A model generated the notes under the pieces. The model had not been told where the DNA came from. It saw nothing but the letters and a program-made list of their open reading frames with translations, and did no database searches. Shown piece by piece: positions 29,001 through 38,508 of a stretch of 64,000 nt of DNA. Origin of the DNA: an uncultured Candidatus Entotheonella sp. GTDB lineage: Bacteria; Tectomicrobia; Entotheonellia; Entotheonellales; Entotheonellaceae. Both the position numbers and the translations under genes were made by a program. The stretch is taken from contig OZ244252.1 in the NCBI GenBank assembly GCA_965217185.1, positions 1,408,001 through 1,472,000 of the forward strand, in the 5' to 3' direction. Position 1 is the stretch's first letter. Each line of letters opens with the position of its first letter.

Positions 29001-31500
29001 CGGGGAACTGTCCGTTGGCCGAGGCAATGCGGAGGTCGAGACGAGACACGCGCGGCTGCACTATGCCGGCCGTCAACGCCTGCGCCAGTTCGGGGACCGT
29101 TTCGGCAATTTCGAGTTCGGCAGTCAAGCGAACCGGCGCGTCGAGCGCCTCAATGGCGTTCTGTACGCCGAGGTTTTGCAGATCGATATCGGACGTTAAC
29201 TGCAATTGTGCAAAGGTGCCGCGAAGGGTGACGTTGCCTTGCAGGGTACCCGACAGGGCCGGGGTTGACGCGATGGTTTGCAAAGACGCGAGCGAGGGCT
29301 GCAGGATCTGAACCGACAGGCTCACCGGTGCGTCGAGCAGGCGCTCTGAGAGAGGGACGTCGGCCAGCGCCAGGTCCAGCGGTGCTTCGACATCCACCCG
29401 CATCACGTCGCGCTTGTCGTGGCGCGCTGAGATCTGGCCGGTCAGTTTCTCCCCCTCATATCGCATGCTTGCCTGGAAATGGTCGAACAGCGACTCTTGC
29501 ACCGCGGGCGGGATCAGACGGAGTTCGGCTTGGAATTGGGGCTCGATCAACGTGCCGCTCGCGTGCACGACGAGTGAGGCACGGCCTGCTATGAGATTGG
29601 ATAACGCCAAATTTTCCTGTAAATACGTCAGGTCAACGGATGACGCTTCAAGACGCACGTTGCGAATGAACTCCTCTTCAATCCCGCCGCTTAGCGAGAC
29701 CGATTCCTCACCGTGTGCCAATCGAAAAGACTTGATGTTGAAGGCTCCGGATTCCACCGTTACATCCCATGGCTCGGGGGCATGCCAAGTTCGGTCTTCA
29801 AAACGAAGCTGAACGGTGTCGAGGACTACGTGTTGCACCCCCTCGTCCAGGGTGAGATGACCGGCCAGGTGACCTTCTATCCGGGTTGACTGGTTGAGTT
29901 GTGTGGCGAAAGTCACCTTCCGTTGGACGCCATCATAGGTGGCTTGAAGCTGCGCGTTAGCGGCAGGGAATTCGCCAATCGACAGGTCGTGTAAACGCAG
30001 CTGGGCCGAGGCACGCGGGGCCGTCCCGAGCTGGCTCGCGTGGTAATCGAGTTCGAGACGTTGCAGGCGATTGGCATCGAGTTGCACCTCTGTGGCGATC
30101 AGCTTGCCCACCGCATTGAGGTCCGGCCAAGCGCCTTTGACGCTGCCTTGCAGGTGCAGCCCGCCGTTGAGTGCGTTAACGCCGAGTAGCGGCCTGAGTT
30201 GAGAGAGCTGAGCTCTCGCCTCGTAGATGAGATCGGAGGTACCCTGAAAGTCGAGGGAGCCGCCTGCAGTGACTGTGGCCAGCGATGAGATGAGCTCAAA
30301 GGCTTCAACGTGAATACGCTGAGATTGCGCCACGATGCGAACCTGCGAAGGGCTCAGGGTGACGTCGCCGAGGTGGGAGGGCTGGATGGAGACGTTCAAT
30401 TGCCCCTCAAGCGTTTGAGGCGACAGCCCTCTGGCATCGACGTCCAACACCATGTTGAGATCGCTCTTCAGGGTTTCCCGATTGGCCAATGCAGCCATAT
30501 TGAGCTGGTGCACCTTGAGCGTGCCGCGATATCGTCGGGGGCTGTCCGCCGCGTTGATTTGACCTTGAAACGTGACTTGGCCGGCTTCGGCACGCAAATC
30601 CGCATCGAGGCGGAGGTCGGCGAGAGGACCTTGGGCCTGCAAATCCAGGTGAAGTTTCCCTCGCAGGGTGTCATCAGCCAGCAAGCGGCCGATTTCAGCC
30701 CCGTCGAGTGGATGCAGTTTGGCGTTGAACTGAATCGGGCGAGGGCTGCCGGGCAACATAACGTCGAAATCTGCCTGCGTGTTTTCCGTGCGGAGTTGCA
30801 GTTGCTCGATTCGGAGCTGTTTTCCTGTCATGTGGAGCGTGCCGCGCAACCCGGTGAGATTCACCCGCGCCGGGTGGGCCTGCGCAGCGATTTCATGAAC
30901 CGTCAAGTGAACGCCCGTGTCATCGGCGTGTCCTTCTAGCGTGACCTGCAAGCCTGTAATTTCGGTGACGCCTTTGAGGAAGCCGAGTGCAAGCCGGCTG
31001 CGGCCGTCTTGTACGCGAAGACGCTTGATTCGCACGGCAATCGGCGGCGCCAAGGAACCGGCTTGGCTCGCGGCGGAGTCGGCAGGCTGCGAGGTTGCTG
31101 GGACCAGACGGGCCAGGTTGACCGTCCCGTCGGAGGCCTGACTCAGGGTAAGGTCGGGGCGGATAATTTCGATATCGTGAATGACCAGCTTTCCACGCAG
31201 TAAGCTCGCTGGTTTATAGTGCAGGTGGACGGCATCGATGCGGGCGACGACGGCGTCCGTATGGTCGCGCACGACAACATCGGCGAGGCTGGGTGCGCTG
31301 AGCAGGGAACCCTCCAATGCGCCGATTTCCAGGGTGCCATTGAGTCGGCGGGATATGCGCTGAGCAGCCGTCTGAACAAGCCATGCACGGACGGGCGCGA
31401 CAATGGGTCGAGCAGGCGTCGGAGCCGTAACCAGAAGTGTGAGAAAGAGGGTAAGCAGCCCGAGACCCACACCTGCCGCAATGGATATCCTGCGCCACAT
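26065..31500 (-). CDS. tamB: translocation and assembly module TamB
   Basis: 1811 aa, N-terminal anchor, beta-rich body, C-terminal DUF490-like F.S.P.L.EEDILSLLVFG...; next to Omp85 gene. Confidence 0.85.
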   Translation of the reverse strand: MWRRISIAAGVGLGLLTLFLTLLVTAPTPARPIVAPVRAWLVQTAAQRISRRLNGTLEIGALEGSLLSAPSLADVVVRDHTDAVVARIDAVHLHYKPASLLRGKLVIHDIEIIRPDLTLSQASDGTVNLARLVPATSQPADSAASQAGSLAPPIAVRIKRLRVQDGRSRLALGFLKGVTEITGLQVTLEGHADDTGVHLTVHEIAAQAHPARVNLTGLRGTLHMTGKQLRIEQLQLRTENTQADFDVMLPGSPRPIQFNAKLHPLDGAEIGRLLADDTLRGKLHLDLQAQGPLADLRLDADLRAEAGQVTFQGQINAADSPRRYRGTLKVHQLNMAALANRETLKSDLNMVLDVDARGLSPQTLEGQLNVSIQPSHLGDVTLSPSQVRIVAQSQRIHVEAFELISSLATVTAGGSLDFQGTSDLIYEARAQLSQLRPLLGVNALNGGLHLQGSVKGAWPDLNAVGKLIATEVQLDANRLQRLELDYHASQLGTAPRASAQLRLHDLSIGEFPAANAQLQATYDGVQRKVTFATQLNQSTRIEGHLAGHLTLDEGVQHVVLDTVQLRFEDRTWHAPEPWDVTVESGAFNIKSFRLAHGEESVSLSGGIEEEFIRNVRLEASSVDLTYLQENLALSNLIAGRASLVVHASGTLIEPQFQAELRLIPPAVQESLFDHFQASMRYEGEKLTGQISARHDKRDVMRVDVEAPLDLALADVPLSERLLDAPVSLSVQILQPSLASLQTIASTPALSGTLQGNVTLRGTFAQLQLTSDIDLQNLGVQNAIEALDAPVRLTAELEIAETVPELAQALTAGIVQPRVSRLDLRIASANGQFPASDPDQPAQPITVKELHLQANAAWSPDGFQATIDHFQATTDALDLPSATLSATAHISPSQFDLRQIRIITPKSRIEGQGQMTLADRRFNLRLQVPRLNLAEFASSWPPSLSREVTGALQLGGSASEPTLMAQLRYGETDVHLKGAADLQRPAYSAEITLNDLDIATFLPTADGTFDAQMSLKGSGFSESERRADLRLAVNSQDFNLAPELSGVVRAALVGSAVTLDEFHFDSIPVQLTAAGVLSQTRQLQADYQVLFKDLTPLGPQLGTPVRANGGLTGSISGALDALQAQSQMQLDDWRYGDFQGERVRVTFQGEELTTNPRATLTASLDGIQGSALPASSVTFDGRYRDQQAQVDFSVTDGPYRQTRISGHVALQEDQDVRLDTLRLQYRHWRWTNPNPIRMVRQANGTILLRDFHLQYGEQAIRASGSLRPSGPLAASFSLNQVEIEPWLRAFVPGVPAAGRMNLHLTAKGSVEHPEAAGVLQLSDLTWNDQSLGEIRLDLGLADGTVENHLQWHNGSMALLDVQGVVGLQNDYPLDLKVTSSSFDLARLAPFIDAIQESSGRLDAQLRVGGTAKAPDLHGNVSLREGVLLLAVIGEPYRDIQARLNLANNRLDIDDLRLASTTGTVGVNGWLEFTGGGLEQLQLSLQAHDFTAMNTPSIQARLTGAVEAQGSLDALTVKGDLTIPRARIRIDDFGAGPVSVSPSDLTVPGVYGGDPEGEIDATKADKAAPESSITRNLQTELSVRMPKNVWLVGPETALELRGSFLVAKNFDEPFVIGGSAETVRGFVGFMGKKFDLERGKMTFTGANEFNPFLDVVARHEVSGYSIALHVEGESKRPQFNFSSTPDLAEEDILSLLVFGKTRDRLSGSEKTALSSHAAEVAGNVISKFLEKRVGSTLGLDTLEVDVEDEFGSGSVRGGRYVTQDLFISYQHQLGEEGRNTVGVEYSLSPHVKLKGTSNDEGQTSLDLLWRIDY

Positions 31501-31564
31501 GCTCAGCGCTCCTTCTCTCGGTTAGGCGGCAGACCAGCGGCAATAGGGATCCTGACCTATTACC

Positions 31565-33472
31565 TCAAAAGGCCTGGATGATACTGAGCTCAACACGGCC
31601 AAACGGTTCATCCGGGCGGCGGTCCGTGATGAAGCCCACGTCGAAGCGGAGCGGGCCAATCGGGGTGTCGTAGCGAATGCCCGGACCGACGGCATAACGC
31701 AACTGATCGAGATGATAGACGAGAGACGGTTCAAACACCTGGCCGAAATCCACAAAAAGAACCCCGCCCAGATCGCCGATGAATGGAAAGCGAAGCTCCG
31801 TGCTCCCTTCGATCAAGCTATGACCGCCAAGGGGTGCATTGCCGTCAGTGAGCGGTCCCACCCGGTTCACGGCGAAACCCCGGATGCTACCTGGGCCGCC
31901 GGCAAAAAAGCGGACGTTGAACGGCACGACCTCACTATTCCCGTAGGGCTGTACGAAACCGAGCTTGAGGCGTGCGGCAAATGTCACTCGGCGCCAGAGA
32001 GGGAGGTAGTGGCGCCCTTCGATTGAAGCCTTGACGAAGTCGAATTCCGATAGCAGGCTGGTCGCTGAGTGCTCCGTACGAAGCAGGGCTATAAAGCCCC
32101 GTGTGGCGTTAATGGCGCTGTTGCTCGTGTTCCACGTCAACTCGGCAAACTGCGTGAACAAAAGATGGTCTATTGCGACCTCAGGGTCGAGCCCGCGTAT
32201 GGCATCTGGATCGACGTTGCTGAAGGCATTGGCGCTGAGTTCGATACCGGCCGAGCCGCCAAATGCTTTGGTGAATTGATGATCCACGCGCGACTCCCCC
32301 CCGTAGCGCAGCACGTCGAAAGTGGGCTGGGCATCTTCAATCTCGAGTATCCGATCCGTCAAGCCGAGGGGGTCGGTGTTGATCTCTTTTTGGTTGTCGA
32401 CGAAGACGATCTGGGTGAACCGGGTGCGCCGGGTGACGAAGTGCGGCAAGTGGAAGCGCGTTTCGAAAGTGAGTCCGGGGGACGAGATTTTGCCGGCCAC
32501 CGACAAGTGCTCGGCGCCGCCGAAGACATTGCGAAACGTCCACCTGGCCTGCACCCGAAATTGTTCGACGGTGCTCAATCCCAGCCCGATTTCAAAGCTG
32601 CGCGGCTTGCGCTCGCTGATCTCGAATTCGACGTCCAGAGGCGCGTCCGTCGCTTCCAGGTTGAGGCTTCGGTGCGTCACGGTGCGAAACATCCCGAGGT
32701 CGTATATCGCGGCTTGACTGTCGGCCAATTCGGTCGGGCTGTAGATCTGACCGGGCTGGAACGTCAGGCGCCGTCGAATGGCTTTCATTGTGACGTTTTC
32801 GGCGCCTTGAATGGAGACTTGGCCGAATGCCGTGCGCTCGCCCGATTCGAGCGTGTAGGCAAGGAACGCCTCATGCGTTTTCCGGTCGACTTCTGTGCGA
32901 GGATGAACTTTGGCGCGTGCGTACCCGGCACGCTGCAGCGCAAGCAGCAACCGGGCTCTGCTGGCATCAAACGCCGCCTTCGTAATCGGTTTGTCCACGC
33001 GCAGCGGCAGGTCATTTCTCAGCGTCTCGACGGGCGGCAACTCCGGCGGCATCGGACCTTGCACCTTTACCTCTACCTCGCGCACGATCGTGACTTCTCC
33101 TTCCTCGATTCGAATGTGAAGCTGGACGGTGTTGTTGGCCTCGTTTTGTTCCACCTCGACCAGCGTGGCGCGAACGTCGAGGTAACCACGATCGAAATAG
33201 TATTTCTGCAGGCGCAATAAATCGTCGTCGACCGTCGTAGGATTGTAATCACTGCCGCGTTTCCACGGGGACAGAAGCGAGCGTTGTTTGGTGGCCATCG
33301 CGTTACGTAACTTGGCGCTACCTAACTTCTTGTTGTCGAGAAAGACGATCTTGCGGACCTCCGGAAAGGCGCTCGGCGGTTCGGTTTGTGGAAAAGGGGC
33401 CTTTTGCGAGGCGCAAGCACTGAGCATGACCACCTGCAACACGAGCACCAGGGTGTATCGTGCGGCTTTCAT
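31565..33472 (-). CDS. tamA: Omp85-family outer membrane protein (TamA/BamA-like)
   Basis: Lipobox LSAC, POTRA-like segments, FFAGG..SIRGF, GPGIRYDTPIGPLRFD, C-terminal QAF. Confidence 0.85.
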   Translation of the reverse strand: MKAARYTLVLVLQVVMLSACASQKAPFPQTEPPSAFPEVRKIVFLDNKKLGSAKLRNAMATKQRSLLSPWKRGSDYNPTTVDDDLLRLQKYYFDRGYLDVRATLVEVEQNEANNTVQLHIRIEEGEVTIVREVEVKVQGPMPPELPPVETLRNDLPLRVDKPITKAAFDASRARLLLALQRAGYARAKVHPRTEVDRKTHEAFLAYTLESGERTAFGQVSIQGAENVTMKAIRRRLTFQPGQIYSPTELADSQAAIYDLGMFRTVTHRSLNLEATDAPLDVEFEISERKPRSFEIGLGLSTVEQFRVQARWTFRNVFGGAEHLSVAGKISSPGLTFETRFHLPHFVTRRTRFTQIVFVDNQKEINTDPLGLTDRILEIEDAQPTFDVLRYGGESRVDHQFTKAFGGSAGIELSANAFSNVDPDAIRGLDPEVAIDHLLFTQFAELTWNTSNSAINATRGFIALLRTEHSATSLLSEFDFVKASIEGRHYLPLWRRVTFAARLKLGFVQPYGNSEVVPFNVRFFAGGPGSIRGFAVNRVGPLTDGNAPLGGHSLIEGSTELRFPFIGDLGGVLFVDFGQVFEPSLVYHLDQLRYAVGPGIRYDTPIGPLRFDVGFITDRRPDEPFGRVELSIIQAF

Positions 33473-33597
33473 GTCTCCTCCGTATGGTGTCCGCGCTCCA
33501 AATGGTAGGAATTTGCGGGGAGGATGGGTTCCTGGAGCATCAAGCCGGATTCCTCAACGGAAACGGTTTCTCCGGCTGGCCTGCCTTCCCATGGCAA

Positions 33598-36500
33598 TCA
33601 CGTCTCCCGGTCATTCACGGATAGCCGAATCGAGGATTGTGCGCCATCTTTGGGCGAACCCCAATAAAGCGTGCGATGGGGGAATGGAATCTCGATGCCG
33701 CGTTCGTCGAATACCTTTTTCATGCGGCGATTGAACTCGCGGCCGACTTCCCATTGCTTGCCGGGGCGTGTTTTGAGACGGGCCCGGATATACACCGCTG
33801 AATCCCCAAAGCGGTCCAATCCCCACATCTCGATCGGTTCCAGCATGTTGTAGCCGTACCGCATGTCCTTGTGCATATCCTCGTCAACTTCCTTCAGGAT
33901 ATTCATCACGGTATCAACGTCCTCCCGGTAGGCAATGGCAACATCAAGAATATAACGGGAAAACACCTTCGTTTTGTTCGTCACCAGGTCGATGGTGCTG
34001 TTGGGGATGACGTGAACGTCGCCTTGAAAGTCGCGGAGAACGACGGCGCGGAGCGTGATTTTCTCGATAACCCCGCTGATGCCCCGCAAGGTGGCGACGT
34101 CGCCTACCGAAATGCTGTCCTCGAACAGGATGAACAGGCCGTTGATGACGTCCTTGATGAGGGATTGCGAGGCGAGGCCGACTGCGAGTCCAAAAAGGCC
34201 GAGACCGGCTAACAGCGGTCCGGTTCGGACATTGACCTGTTCGAGCAGAACCAACACGGCAATGAACACCACCACCACCTTGAGGATCGTTTGTACGAGC
34301 GGCGTCAAGGTGCGTAGCTTGCGGCCGATTTCGCGGGTTTCGCCTTGGGCAGTCAGCCGCGGCCGCACGATGTACTCGGCCAGCACGTTGCTGATCTGAA
34401 TCACTACCAAGACGATACCGATGGTCATCAAGGCAACCAAGCCCCGCGTCATGATTTGAGAACCGACTTGAGAGCTCAGAACGCTCCACACGGAGACGCC
34501 CCACAGTTCCAGGATCAGCGCCAGCGCGGCAGCGGAGAGGACAAGTTGGCTCAGGGAGCGAAACACCGCAAGCGAACGCTCGGCGGCCTGCTTGCGAGCG
34601 GGGTCGTGCCAGCGCCTGCCTGGGTCGTAAAGGGCGTGGACAAGCCGCTGAGCGCCATACATCAGCAGGAACAACAGCACCCAGCGCGACCCGATGGCGA
34701 TGGAGAGCGTTTCAAGACCATGCAGCCAGATGAACCGCGCCGTGTAGCGGTAACCCAAAATGTCCAGGGCCATGACCCCGGCAAGCATAGCCAGAGGGAT
34801 GATCAGAATGAATGGCCAGACGCGCCAGAGAAGCCCGTCCTGGTCACGGCTGCGAGCGAGCATCTGGGCCATCAGCGGGCTGCTTGGCCAGCCCGTGCGC
34901 AGCGTCAGCACGAAGATGACCCCCTGGAACGCGAGCAAGAGGAGCCGTTCCAAGGTTTGACTGCCACCTGCCAGGAAGGGATCGGGAGATGCCGCCAAAA
35001 CGACCTGCCTTGGCACCAGAAACAGCAGCCCGGCAATGCATCCGATCCCGAAGATGCGTCGCAGAAAAAGGCACCCCTCGTCGTCGAGGTCGCAAAACTG
35101 TTGCCCCCAGGCTCCGGAACGAAACAGCGTCTGGCTGAAGAAGCCGATGCCGAGCACAAGTGCGGCCAGATAGACGCCACTGATGAGAGCCCACGTCATC
35201 CCGGTGTCGTCGCCATGCTGCAGGATGAAAAGCTGACGAGACCAGCCGAGTAGAGCCAAATATGCCGGCCACGTGGCGGCTTGGAGCACGAAGAGCAACG
35301 CAACCCCAATATGAGGCGGTTTTTCCTGCCGTGCTGACGCTGTAAGAGAGGCGTGAATCGCCCCGTTCAGGTTCGACCATAGCCGCCGCGCGACCAACGG
35401 GAGAACGATAAACAGCAGAGCCAGAAGCCCCCAAGGCGCGACGCTTTGTTTCATGCGCAGCCAGAGACGAGACAGGTCAGAACGCATCACCGCGATGCTG
35501 CGCGAGGCCATCGACAGCGCGTGCGCGGTCATGCCTCCCACAAGCGCCCAGTTCAGGGTGTCGCTGTTTCTCAGCCAGAACATCTTGCTCAGCACCAACC
35601 GGTAGCCCTCGTCAAGCAGCCGTTCGTGCTCGTGGTGCAGGGCGATGAGCCGGGAGGTGGTCTGCGTCAGGTCAGCCAGTACCTGTTGCTGTTCCCGAAG
35701 TGCCGTGCGCTGAACTTCGAGTTCGGCGCGCAGCCCCGACAGGGCGGCAACCCGCTCGTTCGGGGAGGCTGAGAGCAGTGCGCCTGTCAGTTGGTTCACT
35801 TGGGCACGGGCCAGCCGGTCGAACTCGTACAATTGGTCGTCCACGGTAAAAAGGGTCTCACTCAGGCCCCGAAGTTTGGTGCCGAGAAGCTGCAACGGGT
35901 CACGGACCTTTTCGGCAGGCAGGGTAAAGACCTTCACGAGATTGTCCGTAAATTGTCCGCGTTCCCGGTGTAGATGCTCAAATTTGATCAACAGGCGCTG
36001 GACCACGCGTTCACCGCTTGCGTATTGCTCGGCCAGCGACACCAGGCGGTTGGTGTCTTGCCTGACTTGGCTATTGAGGGTTTCCTGATCGTGCACTTCC
36101 TTGCGGAGCTTGGTTAGCTGTTGTTGGTTTTCAGCGGCGTCTCGCTGGATGCTGGCGATATGCAGGCGCACTTGCAGAGGTATTTTGGCGGCGGGATAAG
36201 TCGTGTCGGCCAGAGCTTGCCGGAGCCGAGAAACACGTTCATGCAAGGTCTCTTGCCGTTCCTGGAACACCGCCCTCAGTGAGACATGGATCATGCGTAA
36301 ATCGTCTTGGACGTGCTCCAAGCGCAAGCGGGCGACACGGACCAGGGCATCCTGCAAGGTGCCGCGTTCGAGCAGCCACAGGCGCTCTCCTTTCAGCGCT
36401 TCAATGCTCGCGCGTTGTCCTTGGATTTGAACGTCCAGCAACTCGGCTGGTGAAACCCAGGAGCGCTCTTGGGGCGCCGTACGGTTCGACTCCCGTTGTC

Positions 36501-37062
36501 CCAACTCCAGCCTTTCCAAGGCGTTCTCGGATTCCTGTATTTCCTCAGGAAGGCGAGCCAAACGCAGCCCCCTTGACGCAGTTTGCTTCGTCAGGTCATT
36601 CAACTCAGCTTCCAGTGCTTGCCGCTGGCTTTCATACTCCGTACGCAGCGATTCCGTTACGTCAGCAAAGTGGGAAGGTGGGCGTTGTTCGAGTTGCTGG
36701 CGGGCTGCAACCACTTCTGCCAAGCGCCGCGGCAGACTGGCAATCTGTGCTTTATGCGTATTGCGACGTAGGGTAGCCTCCTCAAAAGCCGTAAGCCCTG
36801 CGAGAAGCTGGTTCAACTGGCCGCTGGCCGATTTAAGCTCCTCTTCAGCGAAACTCGCCTGTTCGAGTTCGTTAAGCTGCCTCTGGACGGCCGCTCTCCG
36901 TTCGGCCGCCGTGACAAGCGTGAGTTGTTGATCAGACGTCTGAGCGCGCGCCGGCGCCTGGGCACACACGACGATCATCAGGCTGGCGAAGCCAAGCAGC
37001 AGAGCCGTCCGTTGTGCCTGCTTCGCCAGTTTCCGATGACGCGACAACGCGGTGTGTTCCAT
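33598..37062 (-). CDS. large MscS-family mechanosensitive channel (MscK-like)
   Basis: Coiled-coil periplasmic N-terminus, many TM helices, GLAVGLASQSLIKDVING.FILFED...GD, IPNS, GIEIPFPHR. Confidence 0.85.
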   Translation of the reverse strand: MEHTALSRHRKLAKQAQRTALLLGFASLMIVVCAQAPARAQTSDQQLTLVTAAERRAAVQRQLNELEQASFAEEELKSASGQLNQLLAGLTAFEEATLRRNTHKAQIASLPRRLAEVVAARQQLEQRPPSHFADVTESLRTEYESQRQALEAELNDLTKQTASRGLRLARLPEEIQESENALERLELGQRESNRTAPQERSWVSPAELLDVQIQGQRASIEALKGERLWLLERGTLQDALVRVARLRLEHVQDDLRMIHVSLRAVFQERQETLHERVSRLRQALADTTYPAAKIPLQVRLHIASIQRDAAENQQQLTKLRKEVHDQETLNSQVRQDTNRLVSLAEQYASGERVVQRLLIKFEHLHRERGQFTDNLVKVFTLPAEKVRDPLQLLGTKLRGLSETLFTVDDQLYEFDRLARAQVNQLTGALLSASPNERVAALSGLRAELEVQRTALREQQQVLADLTQTTSRLIALHHEHERLLDEGYRLVLSKMFWLRNSDTLNWALVGGMTAHALSMASRSIAVMRSDLSRLWLRMKQSVAPWGLLALLFIVLPLVARRLWSNLNGAIHASLTASARQEKPPHIGVALLFVLQAATWPAYLALLGWSRQLFILQHGDDTGMTWALISGVYLAALVLGIGFFSQTLFRSGAWGQQFCDLDDEGCLFLRRIFGIGCIAGLLFLVPRQVVLAASPDPFLAGGSQTLERLLLLAFQGVIFVLTLRTGWPSSPLMAQMLARSRDQDGLLWRVWPFILIIPLAMLAGVMALDILGYRYTARFIWLHGLETLSIAIGSRWVLLFLLMYGAQRLVHALYDPGRRWHDPARKQAAERSLAVFRSLSQLVLSAAALALILELWGVSVWSVLSSQVGSQIMTRGLVALMTIGIVLVVIQISNVLAEYIVRPRLTAQGETREIGRKLRTLTPLVQTILKVVVVFIAVLVLLEQVNVRTGPLLAGLGLFGLAVGLASQSLIKDVINGLFILFEDSISVGDVATLRGISGVIEKITLRAVVLRDFQGDVHVIPNSTIDLVTNKTKVFSRYILDVAIAYREDVDTVMNILKEVDEDMHKDMRYGYNMLEPIEMWGLDRFGDSAVYIRARLKTRPGKQWEVGREFNRRMKKVFDERGIEIPFPHRTLYWGSPKDGAQSSIRLSVNDRET

Positions 37063-37084
37063 CTTCCAGCTCGCCGATGTGGGG

Positions 37085-38209
37085 TTAGTGACCTGCCCCC
37101 CGAGCCACAATGGGCCACAGGGCTTCGACACGGTTGTTACGCAGACCGACGTACCAGTCGTAGAGGTTGACCGTCGGGTCGCAGTGACCCGGAATGAGCC
37201 GCAGCTTGTCGCCGAGGCGCACCGGGCTATCGGGGTCGTTCAGCAGCACCTTGCCGTGCTCGTCGGAAGCGCCGACGTATGCGGCCTGCGGCAGGTCGGC
37301 CATCATCGGCAGGCCGGAATCGACGCTCAGGGCTTTAAGGCCGGCGTCAACGACCGCCCAGTCGCGGTTCGGCTGGCTCATGACGGTAGCGTATACGAAC
37401 AGGCTGTGCTCGAATTCCCCCCACAGCGTGCCGTCGGCGGCGAGATTCTTGCCGTAATCAACGTCCATGAAGATGTACGATCCGGCCTGCAGTTCGTTGT
37501 AAACCCCGCTTTCGGCCTCGAACGCGTACGTGCCGCTGCCGGCACCGGAGACCAGTTCGCACTCCAGGCCGTGCTGCGACAACAGGTTGATGCTGAGCTG
37601 CACCTGCTCGACGGCCTGGCCGATAGCCTGCCGGCGCTCTTCGAACGACCGCAGGTGCTGCGCCCGTCCGTGGTAAGCCTGCAGCCCGGCAAAGCGCAAG
37701 CCCGGCGCCTGATCGATTTGCTGCGCCAAGGCCAGCACCGCCTCGCCCGGCTCGACGCCGCAGCGATGGGCGCCAACGTCGATTTCGACCAGCACAGGTA
37801 GCTCGATCTTGTATGCCAACGCTGCCTCGTTGAGGTCCCCCACGTTCCCGGCGTCATCGGCGCACACGTATATCTGCGCCTGCCGCGCGAGAGCCGCCAG
37901 CCGTTTCAGCTTGGTAACGCCGACGACCTCGTTGCTGACCAGAACGTTCGGCACGCCGCCGTACACCATCGCTTCCGCCTCGCCGACCTTCTGGCAGCAC
38001 ACCCCGACGGCGCCAAGCGCCATCTGGCGCCGGGCAATCACGGCGCACTTGTGCGTTTTGGCGTGCGGGCGCAATCGCACCGACGAACCCGCTACGGCGT
38101 CGGCCAAGTGTTGCACATTACGTTCGAAGGCATCCAGGTCGATCAGCAAGGCCGGCGTATCGACCTCTTCAAGGGCCATCCCGATTTCCGCTGGTGGACG
38201 AGTCGTCAT
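37085..38209 (-). CDS. DSD1-family PLP enzyme (D-threonine / 3-hydroxy-D-aspartate aldolase-like)
   Basis: TPALLIDLD, RPHAKTHK, HRCGV, ELQAGSYIFMD, SDEHG, PGHCDPTVNL. Confidence 0.85.
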   Translation of the reverse strand: MTTRPPAEIGMALEEVDTPALLIDLDAFERNVQHLADAVAGSSVRLRPHAKTHKCAVIARRQMALGAVGVCCQKVGEAEAMVYGGVPNVLVSNEVVGVTKLKRLAALARQAQIYVCADDAGNVGDLNEAALAYKIELPVLVEIDVGAHRCGVEPGEAVLALAQQIDQAPGLRFAGLQAYHGRAQHLRSFEERRQAIGQAVEQVQLSINLLSQHGLECELVSGAGSGTYAFEAESGVYNELQAGSYIFMDVDYGKNLAADGTLWGEFEHSLFVYATVMSQPNRDWAVVDAGLKALSVDSGLPMMADLPQAAYVGASDEHGKVLLNDPDSPVRLGDKLRLIPGHCDPTVNLYDWYVGLRNNRVEALWPIVARGAGH

Positions 38210-38454
38210 GGGTGCTTCTCCTTTGCGTGCGGTGTGTGCCAGACCCGGTACAAGGCCGGATGTCCGATTATAGGACAATGCCGATGCATGTTAATGCCCG
38301 TGGTAGCTTCGCGTATGAGGCGGCAGGGCCACAAATGGAAATCGGCGGTGCAGGCCCCTTCTATTCCCCGCAACATGGTGAAGAAACCGTCAAATACACA
38401 CTCCTGAGTGGGTTTACGAATCCTTGTGCGTCTCGTAAATTTTAAGCCGTAATT

Positions 38455-38471
38455 TTGAAAACGATTGTCGA
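38455..38471. promoter_or_regulatory. possible Fur box upstream of apbE module
   Basis: TTGAAAAC-G-ATTGTCGA; left half identical to the box at 9428; AT-rich context. Confidence 0.4.
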
Positions 38472-38508
38472 TTTCAGTATGGCCCTGTCCAGTAGCGGAG
38501 GCTCGTGC

